Positions 17,600 to 27,678 of a stretch of DNA of 32,000 bases are shown here, in pieces. Numbering within the stretch: the first letter of the stretch is position 1; each line of letters starts with the position of its first letter. The notes beneath the pieces were generated by a model. The model did not search any database, was not told the DNA's origin, and was given only the letters and a program-made list of their open reading frames with translations. The position numbers and the translations under genes are program-made. This stretch comes from Prochlorococcus marinus str. NATL2A. GTDB taxonomy: Bacteria; Cyanobacteriota; Cyanobacteriia; PCC-6307; Cyanobiaceae. The DNA is taken from assembly GCF_000012465.1 (NCBI RefSeq), contig NC_007335.2, forward strand, positions 150,001 through 182,000. Direction: 5' to 3'.

Positions 17600-18397
17600 A
17601 TGAAGCCTTGCATTTTACTCATTGAAGATGACCAAGACATGAGAGATCTGGTTGCAGGGCATCTTGAGCACACTGGTTTTGATGTCCAAAAAGCAGAGGA
17701 CGGAATCAAGGGCCAAGCTTTAGCTCTGCAATACGCGCCTGATCTAATTCTCCTTGATTTAATGCTTCCTAAAGTTGATGGTTTAACTCTTTGTCAGCGG
17801 TTAAGAAGAGATGAGAGAACATCAGCAATACCTATTCTTATGATTACTGCTTTAGGTGGAATTAAAGATAAAGTTACGGGTTTTAATTCTGGTGCAGATG
17901 ATTACATCACAAAACCATTCGATCTTGAGGAATTACAAGTAAGGATCAAGGCGTTGTTAAGAAGAACTAATCGTGCACCACTGGGAAGTAATAATCAGCA
18001 AGAAATACTCGATTATGGCCCTCTTACACTTGTTCCTGAAAGATTTGAGGCGATATGGTTCGAATCTCCAGTTCGTTTGACTCATTTAGAATTTGAATTG
18101 CTCCATTGTTTGATGCAAAGGCATGGGCAGACAGTTGCACCCTCTTTAATTCTTAAAGAAGTTTGGGGTTACGAGCCTGATGATGATATTGAGACTATTA
18201 GGGTGCATGTAAGACATTTAAGAACCAAGCTTGAACCTGATCCAAGGAAACCAAGATTCATCAAAACTGTATACGGTGCAGGATATTGCTTGGAATTACC
18301 AACAGGGGACAAAATAAGTGAGATTCAACCTTCAATAACTCAAGCTAGAGAAACTAACTCTTTCAAAAATAATACAGATGAAAGAGTGATTGCTTAA
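17600..18397 (+). CDS. rpaA: OmpR-family response regulator RpaA (circadian output regulator)
   Basis: Receiver domain (ILLIEDD...[13 protein letters not shown]...ITKPF) and wHTH. The strings [31 protein letters not shown] and [43 protein letters not shown] match RpaA as I remember it. Confidence 0.85.
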   Translation: MKPCILLIEDDQDMRDLVAGHLEHTGFDVQKAEDGIKGQALALQYAPDLILLDLMLPKVDGLTLCQRLRRDERTSAIPILMITALGGIKDKVTGFNSGADDYITKPFDLEELQVRIKALLRRTNRAPLGSNNQQEILDYGPLTLVPERFEAIWFESPVRLTHLEFELLHCLMQRHGQTVAPSLILKEVWGYEPDDDIETIRVHVRHLRTKLEPDPRKPRFIKTVYGAGYCLELPTGDKISEIQPSITQARETNSFKNNTDERVIA

Positions 18398-19353
18398 TTA
18401 AGAAAGTTTATTTCCAATAAAGTTACTTCCCAAGCAAGTCTAGGCTGCACAAACTTCAATAATTGTTTTCTAAGCTCTTCAAGTTGTATAACAATATTAG
18501 AATTTTTTTCTTTTATCCATGCCCTATTCTGTTGAAAATCAATAAGCCATAGTTGTTGCTCTATGTTTAGTTCATCTGTAATTTCCTTGGCTAATTTCAA
18601 TAACTCAATTGGATTATTTAATTGGATTTCTAACTTTTGTCTTAATGAAGTTGACAAAGATAACCAAAATTGAAGATTTACTATACAGCGCCCAGGAGAT
18701 CCATATGAAAAATCTATTAATTCTTGAATTTTGTTACTAGTAATATCATCTATCTCTTGAATAACTTCTGATTTTTTAATAATTTTGTTTACTTGATTAT
18801 CATTCAGGCGTATGAATGGCACTATCTGACATCTTGATCTAATAGTTGATAATAATTTCTCTGGTCTTTGTGTGATAAGAATAAATAATCCTGTACATGT
18901 TTCTTCAAGAGTTTTTAATAATGCATTTGCTGCAGATTCATTTATTCTTTCAATATCCTCAATTATTACTATGCTTCTTTCAGATTCAAATGGCTTTTTC
19001 CCTAAAAATTCTATTATTTCTTTAATTTGATTTAGCCTTATTTGCGGAGGCGATTTCATACTTATACCATCTAAAATTGCTTTTGTCTGAGAAATACTTT
19101 GACCTTGGACTATATAAGATGGCTCTACCCATAATAAGTCAGGATGATTATTATTATTTATTTTTATTTTTGTACTTTTTTTTTCCTGATTCTTGTCAAG
19201 AATAGAGTTAATGAAAATTTTAGCAGTTTTTTTTCTTCCAACTCCCTCTGGACCAGAAAATAAATAAGCATGAGAAATATGTTCTTTTGAAATAGCAGAT
19301 TTTAAAATTTTAATTGCTAAATCTTGCCCAAATATATTTTGAAAATCGTCCAT
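18394..19353 (-). CDS. holB: DNA polymerase III delta-prime subunit
   Basis: AAA+ clamp-loader pattern: [40 protein letters not shown], sensor-1 TIRSRCQ. Confidence 0.85.
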   Translation of the reverse strand: MDDFQNIFGQDLAIKILKSAISKEHISHAYLFSGPEGVGRKKTAKIFINSILDKNQEKKSTKIKINNNNHPDLLWVEPSYIVQGQSISQTKAILDGISMKSPPQIRLNQIKEIIEFLGKKPFESERSIVIIEDIERINESAANALLKTLEETCTGLFILITQRPEKLLSTIRSRCQIVPFIRLNDNQVNKIIKKSEVIQEIDDITSNKIQELIDFSYGSPGRCIVNLQFWLSLSTSLRQKLEIQLNNPIELLKLAKEITDELNIEQQLWLIDFQQNRAWIKEKNSNIVIQLEELRKQLLKFVQPRLAWEVTLLEINFLN

Positions 19354-19354
19354 T

Positions 19355-19990
19355 TTATTTGTTTTTTATTAATTTTTTTATTTCAGATTTAATCTCAGAT
19401 ATGATTTTTTCTTTAGAGTCAATAGCAGATATTTTTTTCCAGTTACTGTCCTCGGACAATGCTTGAAAGCCGAGAGAAACATTGGATAAAAACTCTCTAC
19501 CTTCTTTTTCTATTCGATCATCTTTTCTATTTCTTCTTCTTCTTATACTTTCTTCAATGGGAATGTCTAATAGAAATGTAATATCTGGAGCAATTCCCTG
19601 CGTCGCTATTGCTTCGAGATCCTTAATTAAATTGATATCTAACTTCCTTCCATAACCTTGATAAGCAAGTGTTGATCCACAAAATCTATCGCTTATTACC
19701 CAATCCCCTTGATCTAAAGTTGGGCGAATAATTTCATTGATATGTTGTGATCTATCTGCGGCATAAAGCAAAAGCTCAGTAATAGAATCTGGGCTTTTTT
19801 CTATGGAAGTATCTAGTAGAAGCGATCTTATTGATTTTCCTAATTTTGTTCCTCCTGGCTCTCTAGTGATGACTAATTTATTGTTTTCAGGTATGAGGTC
19901 GGAACTAATAAGCCATTTGGATAATTGATTGATTTGAGTGGTTTTACCCGAGCCATCAATACCCTCAAAAACAATAAACTTTCCTTTCAT
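19355..19990 (-). CDS. tmk: Thymidylate kinase
   Basis: P-loop FEGIDGSGKTTQ, REPGGT, DRF motif and a basic lid (RRRRNRKDDRIE). 1-nt gap to holB. Confidence 0.9.
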   Translation of the reverse strand: MKGKFIVFEGIDGSGKTTQINQLSKWLISSDLIPENNKLVITREPGGTKLGKSIRSLLLDTSIEKSPDSITELLLYAADRSQHINEIIRPTLDQGDWVISDRFCGSTLAYQGYGRKLDINLIKDLEAIATQGIAPDITFLLDIPIEESIRRRRNRKDDRIEKEGREFLSNVSLGFQALSEDSNWKKISAIDSKEKIISEIKSEIKKLIKNK

Positions 19991-22317
19991 TTTGACTTCA
20001 AAGACAAGGCATTAAGTACAACACTTATAGAGCTCAAAGCCATAAGTAAAGCCGCCAAGGGAGGAGATAGTAATAAGCCAGAAGATGGTAAAAGTAATCC
20101 TGCAGCGATTGGTAAAGCAATTAAGTTATATCCAAATGCCCAAGCAAGGTTTTGTTTTATTTTGAGCATTGCTTGCTTTGATAGATTTAATGCATTTGGA
20201 AGGGCTTCCAAATTTTCTCCAAGCAGAACAAGATCAGCAGAATCTTGCGCGATTTGAGTTCCAGTTCCTATCGCTACTCCTAAGTCTGCAGCCGCCAGAG
20301 CTGGGGCATCATTAATTCCATCACCTATCATCGCGACTAAACCATTATTTTTTAATAAGTTCAATTTATTAAGCTTGTCTGAGGGTAACATTTGCCATGT
20401 AACTTGTTTTGAACTAAATCCCAATTTTTCCCCTATAGATAAAACTGCTGAATCTCTATCGCCACTAAATAAACTTAATGAAAAACCTCTTGAGCGTAAT
20501 TTATTAATTGAAAGGAAAGCATCTTTTCTTATTTGGTCATCAATCAAGAAAAAACCTAATAATTTGTTATCCAGAGCAACTGCGACTATTGATTGAGCTT
20601 TTCTTTTTGAAAGCTTGAAATTATTTTCAATCATTGCATTCCATTCAATTCCTTCACTTTTGATCCATTCGGGAGTTCCGACTCTTATAAGTCCTTCTAA
20701 GTTATTAATTTTGCCCGCTAAGCCTTTACCTGGATACGTGGTTGAGCTTGACACTTTTTCTAGTTTGATTTCTTTTTTATGTGCTTCTTGAATAATTGCT
20801 TGGGCCAGCGGATGCCGACTTTCTTGTTCAATGCTTGCCGCCAATTGGAGCATGAAATTTCTTTCTAACTCATTGTTTTTCCAGCAGCCAACAACTAAAG
20901 GCCTTCCAATCGTGAGTGTACCTGTTTTATCAAAAATAATTTGACTTATTTTTGAGGCCATTTCTATGACATCTCCACCCTTGAAAAGCCATCCTCGTTT
21001 AGCCGCTTCCCCAGAAGCAACAGTTATTACCGTTGGCGTGGCAAGTCCTAGTGCACATGGACAGGCCACAACTAAAACAGCTATTGATAATTGAAATGAG
21101 AGACCAATAGGTGTTTGAGGGGTATTCATTAAATGATCATGCAAGTTATGGCTATGCATGAAACCTGCATTAGATACTTCTAAAACTTCTGGCCATATCC
21201 TCGTACCTATTCTCCACCAAAAAAGAAAAGTTATTAAAGCAAGAGTTGTTACCCCATAGCAGAACATACCTGCCACCTTGTCGGCTAATCCCTGAATTGG
21301 TGCTTTTCTAGCTTGAGCTTCTTCAACTAAACTTATTATTTTAGCGATTGCGGTTTCAGATCCAATTTTTTGAACTTCTAAAGTAATTGTTGACTCTAAA
21401 TTTAGGCTGCCAGAGGGTAGCTCGACTCCAGGTGTTGCTTCTAGCGGTAAAGACTCGCCAGTTAAACTAGAGATATCTATTGCCGAATTTCCTTTTATAA
21501 CTAAGCCATCTACTGGGATTCTATCCCCTGCTAATAATTGGATTTTTTCTCCTGGTTTTAGAGCACCTATTCTAATTTCACGAATTTCGTTATTGTCTAA
21601 AATTAGATTGGCTGTTTCTGGTTGTAATTTTGCTAATTCTTTTAATGCTGTGCCAGTGTTGATTCGTGCTCTTTCCTCTAAAAAACGTCCTAATAAAACA
21701 AATCCAAGCAGCATGACCGGTTCATTGAAAAAACATGGCCAGCCAACTGTCGGCCAAATTAAAGCAATTATGCTTGCTATGTAAGCACTCATTACACCAA
21801 GACTGACTAAGGTATCCATAGTCGGTGTAAGCATGATTGCGGACTTTAGACCCGCGTTTAGGATCGATTTACCTGGTCCTAGCAAAGCAAATGTTGCGAG
21901 TGCAGCATGAAAAGGCAATGAACCAATAAGTGGAAAAGATATTTGTTGACCCTCTACTAAATGTCCCAACCCCGAAAGGATTAATAATGAAGTAGCGATT
22001 ATTAGTTGTCGCCATTTATTCCATAAATTCTGATTTTCGTTTCTTTCTAACTCGGTATTTTTTGTTATTGTTTGATCAGGTCTTTCCGTTGTTGGAAAGC
22101 CCTTTGATGTAAGAGTTTGTATTACATCGGAAAAGGGGTAATTAGGCTCTTTAATTTCTACTAAAGCCGTTTTTGTAACTAAATTAACGCTTGCATTGTT
22201 TATGTTTGGGTGGTTTTTAAGTATTTTTTCAACTGCCTGTACACAACTTCCGCACCTCATTCCATCTATATCAAGCAGAATTGACTTTTTGCTTTGGGCA
22301 ATCTTTTTGTTGCTCAA
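19987..22317 (-). CDS. Copper-translocating P1B-type ATPase (CtaA/PacS/CopA family)
   Basis: N-terminal metal-binding GMRCGSCV, TM6 CPC motif (VVACPCALGLATP), phosphorylation site DKTGTLT, SRHPLA, hinge GDGINDAPAL. Overlaps the tmk start by 4 nt (ATGA). Confidence 0.9.
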   Translation of the reverse strand: MSNKKIAQSKKSILLDIDGMRCGSCVQAVEKILKNHPNINNASVNLVTKTALVEIKEPNYPFSDVIQTLTSKGFPTTERPDQTITKNTELERNENQNLWNKWRQLIIATSLLILSGLGHLVEGQQISFPLIGSLPFHAALATFALLGPGKSILNAGLKSAIMLTPTMDTLVSLGVMSAYIASIIALIWPTVGWPCFFNEPVMLLGFVLLGRFLEERARINTGTALKELAKLQPETANLILDNNEIREIRIGALKPGEKIQLLAGDRIPVDGLVIKGNSAIDISSLTGESLPLEATPGVELPSGSLNLESTITLEVQKIGSETAIAKIISLVEEAQARKAPIQGLADKVAGMFCYGVTTLALITFLFWWRIGTRIWPEVLEVSNAGFMHSHNLHDHLMNTPQTPIGLSFQLSIAVLVVACPCALGLATPTVITVASGEAAKRGWLFKGGDVIEMASKISQIIFDKTGTLTIGRPLVVGCWKNNELERNFMLQLAASIEQESRHPLAQAIIQEAHKKEIKLEKVSSSTTYPGKGLAGKINNLEGLIRVGTPEWIKSEGIEWNAMIENNFKLSKRKAQSIVAVALDNKLLGFFLIDDQIRKDAFLSINKLRSRGFSLSLFSGDRDSAVLSIGEKLGFSSKQVTWQMLPSDKLNKLNLLKNNGLVAMIGDGINDAPALAAADLGVAIGTGTQIAQDSADLVLLGENLEALPNALNLSKQAMLKIKQNLAWAFGYNLIALPIAAGLLLPSSGLLLSPPLAALLMALSSISVVLNALSLKSK

Positions 22318-22478
22318 GGGAATATAAATTTTGGATACTTATTCTAAATTTAATAAATAAAAAGCATGTTGCATTTATTTAATGATTTATTAATACATAA
22401 AAATTAGTTTCATTATTTGTATACATTTTTTTATTTTCAGGCAGGATAGAATCATAATGCATTGATATTGGTTCAATC

Positions 22479-23000
22479 GTGCCTAGAAGTCAAAACAAAG
22501 ACAATTTTCTTGATAAGGCCTTCACGAAGATGGCTGAGGGAATAGTGAAAGTGATGCCAATCGACTCCAAAGAAAAAGAAGCCTATCTTTATTACAGAAA
22601 AGGTTTGGCAGCTCAAAATGATGGAGATTACTCAGAGGCTCTGGAGTATTACGAAGAAAGCTTAAAACTTGAGGACAATCAAGTTGATAGAGGAGAGACA
22701 TTAAAAAATATGGCAATAATTTATATGAGTAATGGAGACGAAGAGAGAGCAATAAATACATATAAAAAAGCTTTAGGACAAAATCCTAAACAGCCATCTT
22801 GCTTGAAAAATATGGGATTAATTTATGAAAAAAGAGGAAGAATGGCTCAAAGAAATGGTAATCAAGATGAGTGTGATATTTGGTTCGATCAGGCAGCGGA
22901 AGTTTGGAGTAAAGCTGTTCGTTTATACCCAGGAGGATATTTAGATATAGAAAATTGGCTGAAGACTACAGGCAGAGGTAATGTTGATGTTTATTTATAA
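22479..23000 (+). CDS. ycf3: Photosystem I assembly protein Ycf3 (TPR)
   Basis: [19 protein letters not shown]... N-terminus and three TPRs ending ...[10 protein letters not shown] start. Confidence 0.9.
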   Translation: MPRSQNKDNFLDKAFTKMAEGIVKVMPIDSKEKEAYLYYRKGLAAQNDGDYSEALEYYEESLKLEDNQVDRGETLKNMAIIYMSNGDEERAINTYKKALGQNPKQPSCLKNMGLIYEKRGRMAQRNGNQDECDIWFDQAAEVWSKAVRLYPGGYLDIENWLKTTGRGNVDVYL

Positions 23001-23016
23001 GTAACTAAAACGCGGA

Positions 23017-24396
23017 TTAATTATTATCTAAAGCATATATTAAAGCTTGATTAATATTAGAAGCTTTTAATATTTTTAATTTTTGATTAGTTTCAAACTC
23101 ACTTGTGTCTATTCCATCTGGGATAATCAATGTCTTATATCCAAGTCTTATAACTTCATTAATCCGTTGTTGCATTTGTCTGACTAATCTTAATTGACCA
23201 GCTAAACCTATCTCTCCTATAAAAACTACACCTTCTTCAAGCTCAATATCTTTCAAGCTCGAAACTATTGCAGCAGCTATTCCTAAATCAGCCCCAGGTT
23301 CTTCTACTTCTAATCCCCCAGCTACAGCCAGATAACAGTCATATCTTGAGAGCGAAAGATTCATATTCTTTTCTAGAACTGCCAAGATTTGATGAAGCCT
23401 GTTTATCTCAATGCCAGTTGTAGTTCTTCTTGGACTTGCATAACTCGTGGGATTTAAAAGTGCTTGTATATCGATGGCTAATGGTCTTGTTCCCTCACAA
23501 GTAACAATTGTTGAAATCCCAGGTGCAGAGGTTTTGCTTAAAAATAATTCACTTGGATTAGGAACCTCCGATAATCCATCTGCTTGCATTTCAAAGACTC
23601 CAAGCTCAGAAGTGGCACCAAAGCGATTTTTCACACCTCTTAGTAGTCTGTGAGAAGCGAATCGATCGCCCTCAAAAGTAAGTACTGCATCCACAAGATG
23701 CTCAAGAACTTTCGGTCCGGCTAACATTCCATCCTTTGTAACGTGCCCGATGATCAAAAGGGATATGTTTTGTCGTTTAGCAATTTGCTGTAAAGCTGCT
23801 GAACATTCTCTAACTTGAGCTACTGAGCCGGGTGAACTTGATAAACTTTGATCATGCAAAGCTTGAATACTATCAATCACTGCAACCTCAGGTTTCAAAT
23901 GATCAAGCTCTTTTATAACCATCTCTAGATCTGTTTCTGCGAGTAAATGAAGATTTGACTCAGCATCCTCAATTCGATTCCATCTAAGTTTTACTTGTTG
24001 AGCAGATTCTTCAGCAGCCACATAAAGGACTGATTTGTGATGAGCCATTTCAGTCGCACTTTGCAAAATAAGAGTGCTTTTCCCAATACCTGGGTCTCCC
24101 CCAATTAATACAAGTGATCCAGGCACTAAGCCACCTCCAAGTACCCTGTCTAATTCCTTATATCCACTTGAAATGCGTTCAATAAGTTGGTTTTTTGTTT
24201 GGCTTATTAGTTCTGAACGATAGGGAGATTTTTCCTTAGGAGAATTAATCTTTGTGTAAATAGATTTATCTGATTTTTGATTAATTTTTTCTTCTATTAT
24301 TGAGTTCCATTCTCCACAATTATTGCAGCGACCAAAGAATTGCCTGGTTTGAGCACCGCAACTTTGACAGACATAAATAGAGACAGAACGAGACAC
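23017..24396 (-). CDS. radA: DNA repair protein RadA (Sms)
   Basis: N-terminal zinc ribbon CQSCG...CNNCGEWNS, Walker A GGDPGIGKSTL, KNRFG motif, Lon-like C-terminal domain. GTG start. Confidence 0.92.
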   Translation of the reverse strand: MSRSVSIYVCQSCGAQTRQFFGRCNNCGEWNSIIEEKINQKSDKSIYTKINSPKEKSPYRSELISQTKNQLIERISSGYKELDRVLGGGLVPGSLVLIGGDPGIGKSTLILQSATEMAHHKSVLYVAAEESAQQVKLRWNRIEDAESNLHLLAETDLEMVIKELDHLKPEVAVIDSIQALHDQSLSSSPGSVAQVRECSAALQQIAKRQNISLLIIGHVTKDGMLAGPKVLEHLVDAVLTFEGDRFASHRLLRGVKNRFGATSELGVFEMQADGLSEVPNPSELFLSKTSAPGISTIVTCEGTRPLAIDIQALLNPTSYASPRRTTTGIEINRLHQILAVLEKNMNLSLSRYDCYLAVAGGLEVEEPGADLGIAAAIVSSLKDIELEEGVVFIGEIGLAGQLRLVRQMQQRINEVIRLGYKTLIIPDGIDTSEFETNQKLKILKASNINQALIYALDNN

Positions 24397-24503
24397 TTAG
24401 TTGTAAAAAGGAAGTTGGCTGTAGTTGAATAAAGATAGTGATCTTTAAATGTTGGTGAACCTTCGCTTAAGATCTTGTCGCAGCCGCCAAAGCTAAGGAA
24501 CAA

Positions 24504-25250
24504 ATGACGGCCACAAGTCCCTCAAAGGAAACCATCCTCGTAGCTGATGATGAGGCAAGTATTAGGAGGATCCTAGAAACTCGCCTATCCATGATTGGCT
24601 ATCAGGTAGTTACTGCTTGTGATGGAAATGAGGCTTTGGATCTTTTCAGGAATTGTGAGCCTGATTTGGTTGTACTCGATGTCATGATGCCTAAATTAGA
24701 TGGATATGGAGTTTGCCAGGAACTAAGAAAGGAATCAGATGTTCCGATAGTTATGCTGACAGCCTTGGGAGATGTTGCAGATAGAATTACTGGACTTGAG
24801 CTAGGTGCTGATGATTATGTTGTTAAACCATTTAGCCCAAAAGAATTAGAAGCTAGAATCAGATGTGTATTAAGAAGGGTAGAGAAAGAACAAATAGCAG
24901 GACTTCCTAATTCAGGTGTCATTGCGGTTATGAATTTAAAGATTGATACAAATAAGCGTCAGGTTTATAGAAACGATGAACGAATTCGATTAACAGGTAT
25001 GGAATTTAGTCTTTTAGAACTGTTGGTTAGTCGTTCAGGAGAACCTTTTAGTCGAGGTGAGATTCTTAAAGAAGTTTGGGGATATACCCCTGAAAGACAT
25101 GTTGATACGAGAGTAGTGGATGTTCATATTTCTAGACTTAGATCAAAACTTGAGGATGATCCTGCAAATCCAGAACTAATACTTACTGCAAGAGGAACAG
25201 GTTATCTTTTTCAAAGAATTGTTGACTCTATGATTCCTGAAGGATCATAA
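24504..25250 (+). CDS. rpaB: OmpR-family response regulator RpaB (Ycf27)
   Basis: ILVADDEASIRRILETRLSMIGY...VVLDVMMPKLDGYGVCQELRKESDVPIVMLTALGDVADRITGLELGADDYVVKPFSPKELEARI plus the wHTH VDVHISRLRSKLE. This is a strong Ycf27/RpaB-like pattern. Confidence 0.85.
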   Translation: MTATSPSKETILVADDEASIRRILETRLSMIGYQVVTACDGNEALDLFRNCEPDLVVLDVMMPKLDGYGVCQELRKESDVPIVMLTALGDVADRITGLELGADDYVVKPFSPKELEARIRCVLRRVEKEQIAGLPNSGVIAVMNLKIDTNKRQVYRNDERIRLTGMEFSLLELLVSRSGEPFSRGEILKEVWGYTPERHVDTRVVDVHISRLRSKLEDDPANPELILTARGTGYLFQRIVDSMIPEGS

Positions 25251-25254
25251 ATAA

Positions 25255-26577
25255 GTGGAAAAAAATCACCTAAATAATAAAACTAATCGCTCTAAAGCAA
25301 TTAGACGATTGGTGATTTGGTATCGCCGAAACTCAGCTGTAACAAGTCTTGTTGACACTGCAACAAGCTCAGCTACAGCAGCTAGTAATGTCGCAGGAAC
25401 AGTTGTTTCTAACGCTGGTTCCGTTGTTACTAGTGCTGGATCAATTGCTAGAAGTACTTTAGAGCCATTTGTGTTTGATCCCCTTAGAAGACTCCAAGGT
25501 GGAGAAAGTACGGATGAAAAAAATACAATTCAAGATTCTGACAGAATTTGGGTCGCTGTCGATGGAATGGGAGGAGATTATGCACCTGGAGCAATTCTTG
25601 ATGGGTGTTTAAAATCTTTGTCTCTACTTCCATTGAAAATTAAATTTGTAGGTGAAATTGACAAAATAAAAAAAGCAGCGCTTGAATTTGGCTTAGAAGA
25701 ATCTTTAGATAAAGCAATAGATGATGGGAATTTCGAATTAATTGCTAGTGGCCTTTCAGTTGGTATGGATGAAGAAGCCACTGCCGTTCGCAAAAAAAAG
25801 GATGCGAGCATCAATATCGCAATGAAATTAGTAAAAGATGGAAAAGCTATGGGTGTCTATTCAGCGGGAAATTCTGGTGCAATGATGGCCTCAGGAATTT
25901 TTAAGTTGGGACGTCTGAAAGGAATTGATCGTCCAGCAATTGGAGCATTATTCCCAACTAAAGATCCTGGCCAACCAGTATTGGTTTTAGATGTTGGAGC
26001 AAATATGGATTGTAAACCAACCTATTTGCATCAATTTGCTCTTCTAGGAAATATTTATTCTCGAGATGTTTTGCAGGTTGATAAGCCAAGAATAGGATTA
26101 TTAAATATTGGCGAAGAATCCTGTAAGGGTAATGAGCTTTCCCAAGCAACTTACAAACTTTTAAATGAGGAAGAACGTTTTTGTTTTTCTGGAAATTGTG
26201 AAGGAAGAGATGTTTTATCGGGTGATTTTGATGTTGTTGTTTGTGATGGATTTACAGGAAACGTGTTGTTGAAATTTTTAGAGTCAGTAGGAAGTGTTCT
26301 TTTGGGAGTTTTAAGAGCTGAGTTGCCAAGAGGAAGAAGAGGTAAAGTTGGTTCTGCTTTTTTGAGAAATAATTTAAAACGAATAAAGAAACGTCTAGAT
26401 CATGCAGAACATGGTGGAGCTTTACTTCTTGGAATTAATGGAATTTGTGTCGTTGGTCACGGAGGAAGTAAAGCTTTATCAGTTTTAAGTGCTTTAAGAG
26501 TTGTTCATTCAGCTGCAAGCCATGGAGTAATGGATGATTTAGCAGATTTGAACCAACCAGTTGTCTTAAAGGTCTGA
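25255..26577 (+). CDS. plsX: Phosphate acyltransferase PlsX with ~96-aa N-terminal extension
   Basis: The core starts at IWVAVDGMGGDYAP (aa ~98), with DGFTGNVLLK and HGG motifs further on. GTG start 4 nt after the rpaB stop. An alternative in-frame GTG is at 25471. Confidence 0.85.
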   Translation: MEKNHLNNKTNRSKAIRRLVIWYRRNSAVTSLVDTATSSATAASNVAGTVVSNAGSVVTSAGSIARSTLEPFVFDPLRRLQGGESTDEKNTIQDSDRIWVAVDGMGGDYAPGAILDGCLKSLSLLPLKIKFVGEIDKIKKAALEFGLEESLDKAIDDGNFELIASGLSVGMDEEATAVRKKKDASINIAMKLVKDGKAMGVYSAGNSGAMMASGIFKLGRLKGIDRPAIGALFPTKDPGQPVLVLDVGANMDCKPTYLHQFALLGNIYSRDVLQVDKPRIGLLNIGEESCKGNELSQATYKLLNEEERFCFSGNCEGRDVLSGDFDVVVCDGFTGNVLLKFLESVGSVLLGVLRAELPRGRRGKVGSAFLRNNLKRIKKRLDHAEHGGALLLGINGICVVGHGGSKALSVLSALRVVHSAASHGVMDDLADLNQPVVLKV

Positions 26578-26634
26578 TTGGAACTGTCTGTCCTACCATG
26601 TGATTGACTTATGAAATGAGGGCTTTTTTTAGAT

Positions 26635-27651
26635 TTGATTAGTAATTCTCAATTGGACTTAGGAATATCCTTTGTTGGGAGCGGAAGTGCTACTCCACAA
26701 AAGATAATCAAGAATGATCAACTTGGTCAGAGAGTGGATACTAATGATGAATGGATTCAAACCAGAACAGGTATTGGTCAAAGAAGGGTTATTGGAGAAA
26801 ATGAGTCTCTGATTGATTTGGCTACTGATGCAGCAGTGAATGCTGTCAAAATGGCTGATTGGGATGTGCAAACTATCGATTTGATAATTCTTGCAACATC
26901 TACTCCAGAAGATTTATTTGGCTCGGCGCCTAAAATTCAATCAAATTTGGGAGCTTCAAATGCAGTCGCTTTTGATTTAACTGCAGCTTGTAGTGGCTTT
27001 TTATTTGCTTTGGTAACTGCCTCACAATATTTAGCTTCTGGATCTATGAAAAGAGCTTTAGTGATTGGAGCAGACCAATTATCCAAATGGGTGGATTGGG
27101 ATGATAGAAAGACCTGCGTTTTGTTTGGAGATGGAGCAGGAGCAGTAGCTCTTGAGAGTTCTGGTGATGAAAGTGGATTGATTGGATATGATTTGAAGTC
27201 TGATGGAAGCAAAGGAGGTTGCTTAAATCTCTCTCAATCAAATGTTTTTTTAGATTTAGTGCAAGGAGCTAACCATCAAAAAGGGGAATATTTACCAATC
27301 AAAATGGAGGGAAAGGAAGTTTATAAATTTGCAGTTAAAGAAGTTCCAATAATTCTTGGGGAAATCTTAGAAAAATGTCAAATCAAGTCAGAGAGTATCG
27401 ATTGGCTTCTGTTGCACCAAGCTAATCAAAGAATTCTTGATGCTGTGGCTTCGAGATTTTCAATACCATCAGAAAAAGTGCTTTCAAATTTGAAATATTA
27501 TGGAAATACATCTGCAGCAACGATCCCACTCATGCTTGATGAGGCAGTTAGAGATAAGAGAATCAAATCAGGCGATTTAATAGCTTGTAGTGGTTTTGGT
27601 GCTGGCTTGAGTTGGGGAGCAGCTTTGTTTTATTGGCATGGTCCCTATTAA
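26635..27651 (+). CDS. fabH: 3-oxoacyl-ACP synthase III
   Basis: Active-site Cys in AACSGF, HQANQRIL, GNTSAATIP. TTG start. Confidence 0.9.
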   Translation: MISNSQLDLGISFVGSGSATPQKIIKNDQLGQRVDTNDEWIQTRTGIGQRRVIGENESLIDLATDAAVNAVKMADWDVQTIDLIILATSTPEDLFGSAPKIQSNLGASNAVAFDLTAACSGFLFALVTASQYLASGSMKRALVIGADQLSKWVDWDDRKTCVLFGDGAGAVALESSGDESGLIGYDLKSDGSKGGCLNLSQSNVFLDLVQGANHQKGEYLPIKMEGKEVYKFAVKEVPIILGEILEKCQIKSESIDWLLLHQANQRILDAVASRFSIPSEKVLSNLKYYGNTSAATIPLMLDEAVRDKRIKSGDLIACSGFGAGLSWGAALFYWHGPY

Positions 27652-27678
27652 GCTGTTTTACAATTAATCTAGAAAATT

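Noticed and set aside
19925-20257. 110-aa ORF antisense to the Cu-ATPase/tmk junction
   Set aside because: It is embedded in two strongly supported minus-strand genes. It has no recognisable motif, and its composition looks like a shadow frame.
22352-22383. AT-only stem (AAATAAA ... TTTATTT, extendable to ~10 bp with one mismatch) in the Cu-ATPase / ycf3 divergent spacer
   Set aside because: It is a pure A/T low-complexity region, which is expected in promoter DNA of a low-GC genome. There is no evidence for a specific function.
24399-24408. HLR1-like half-site (TTTACAAC on the minus strand) in the radA/rpaB divergent spacer, suggesting RpaB autoregulation
   Set aside because: HLR1 needs two direct TTACA-containing repeats 2 nt apart. 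The second repeat is not present.
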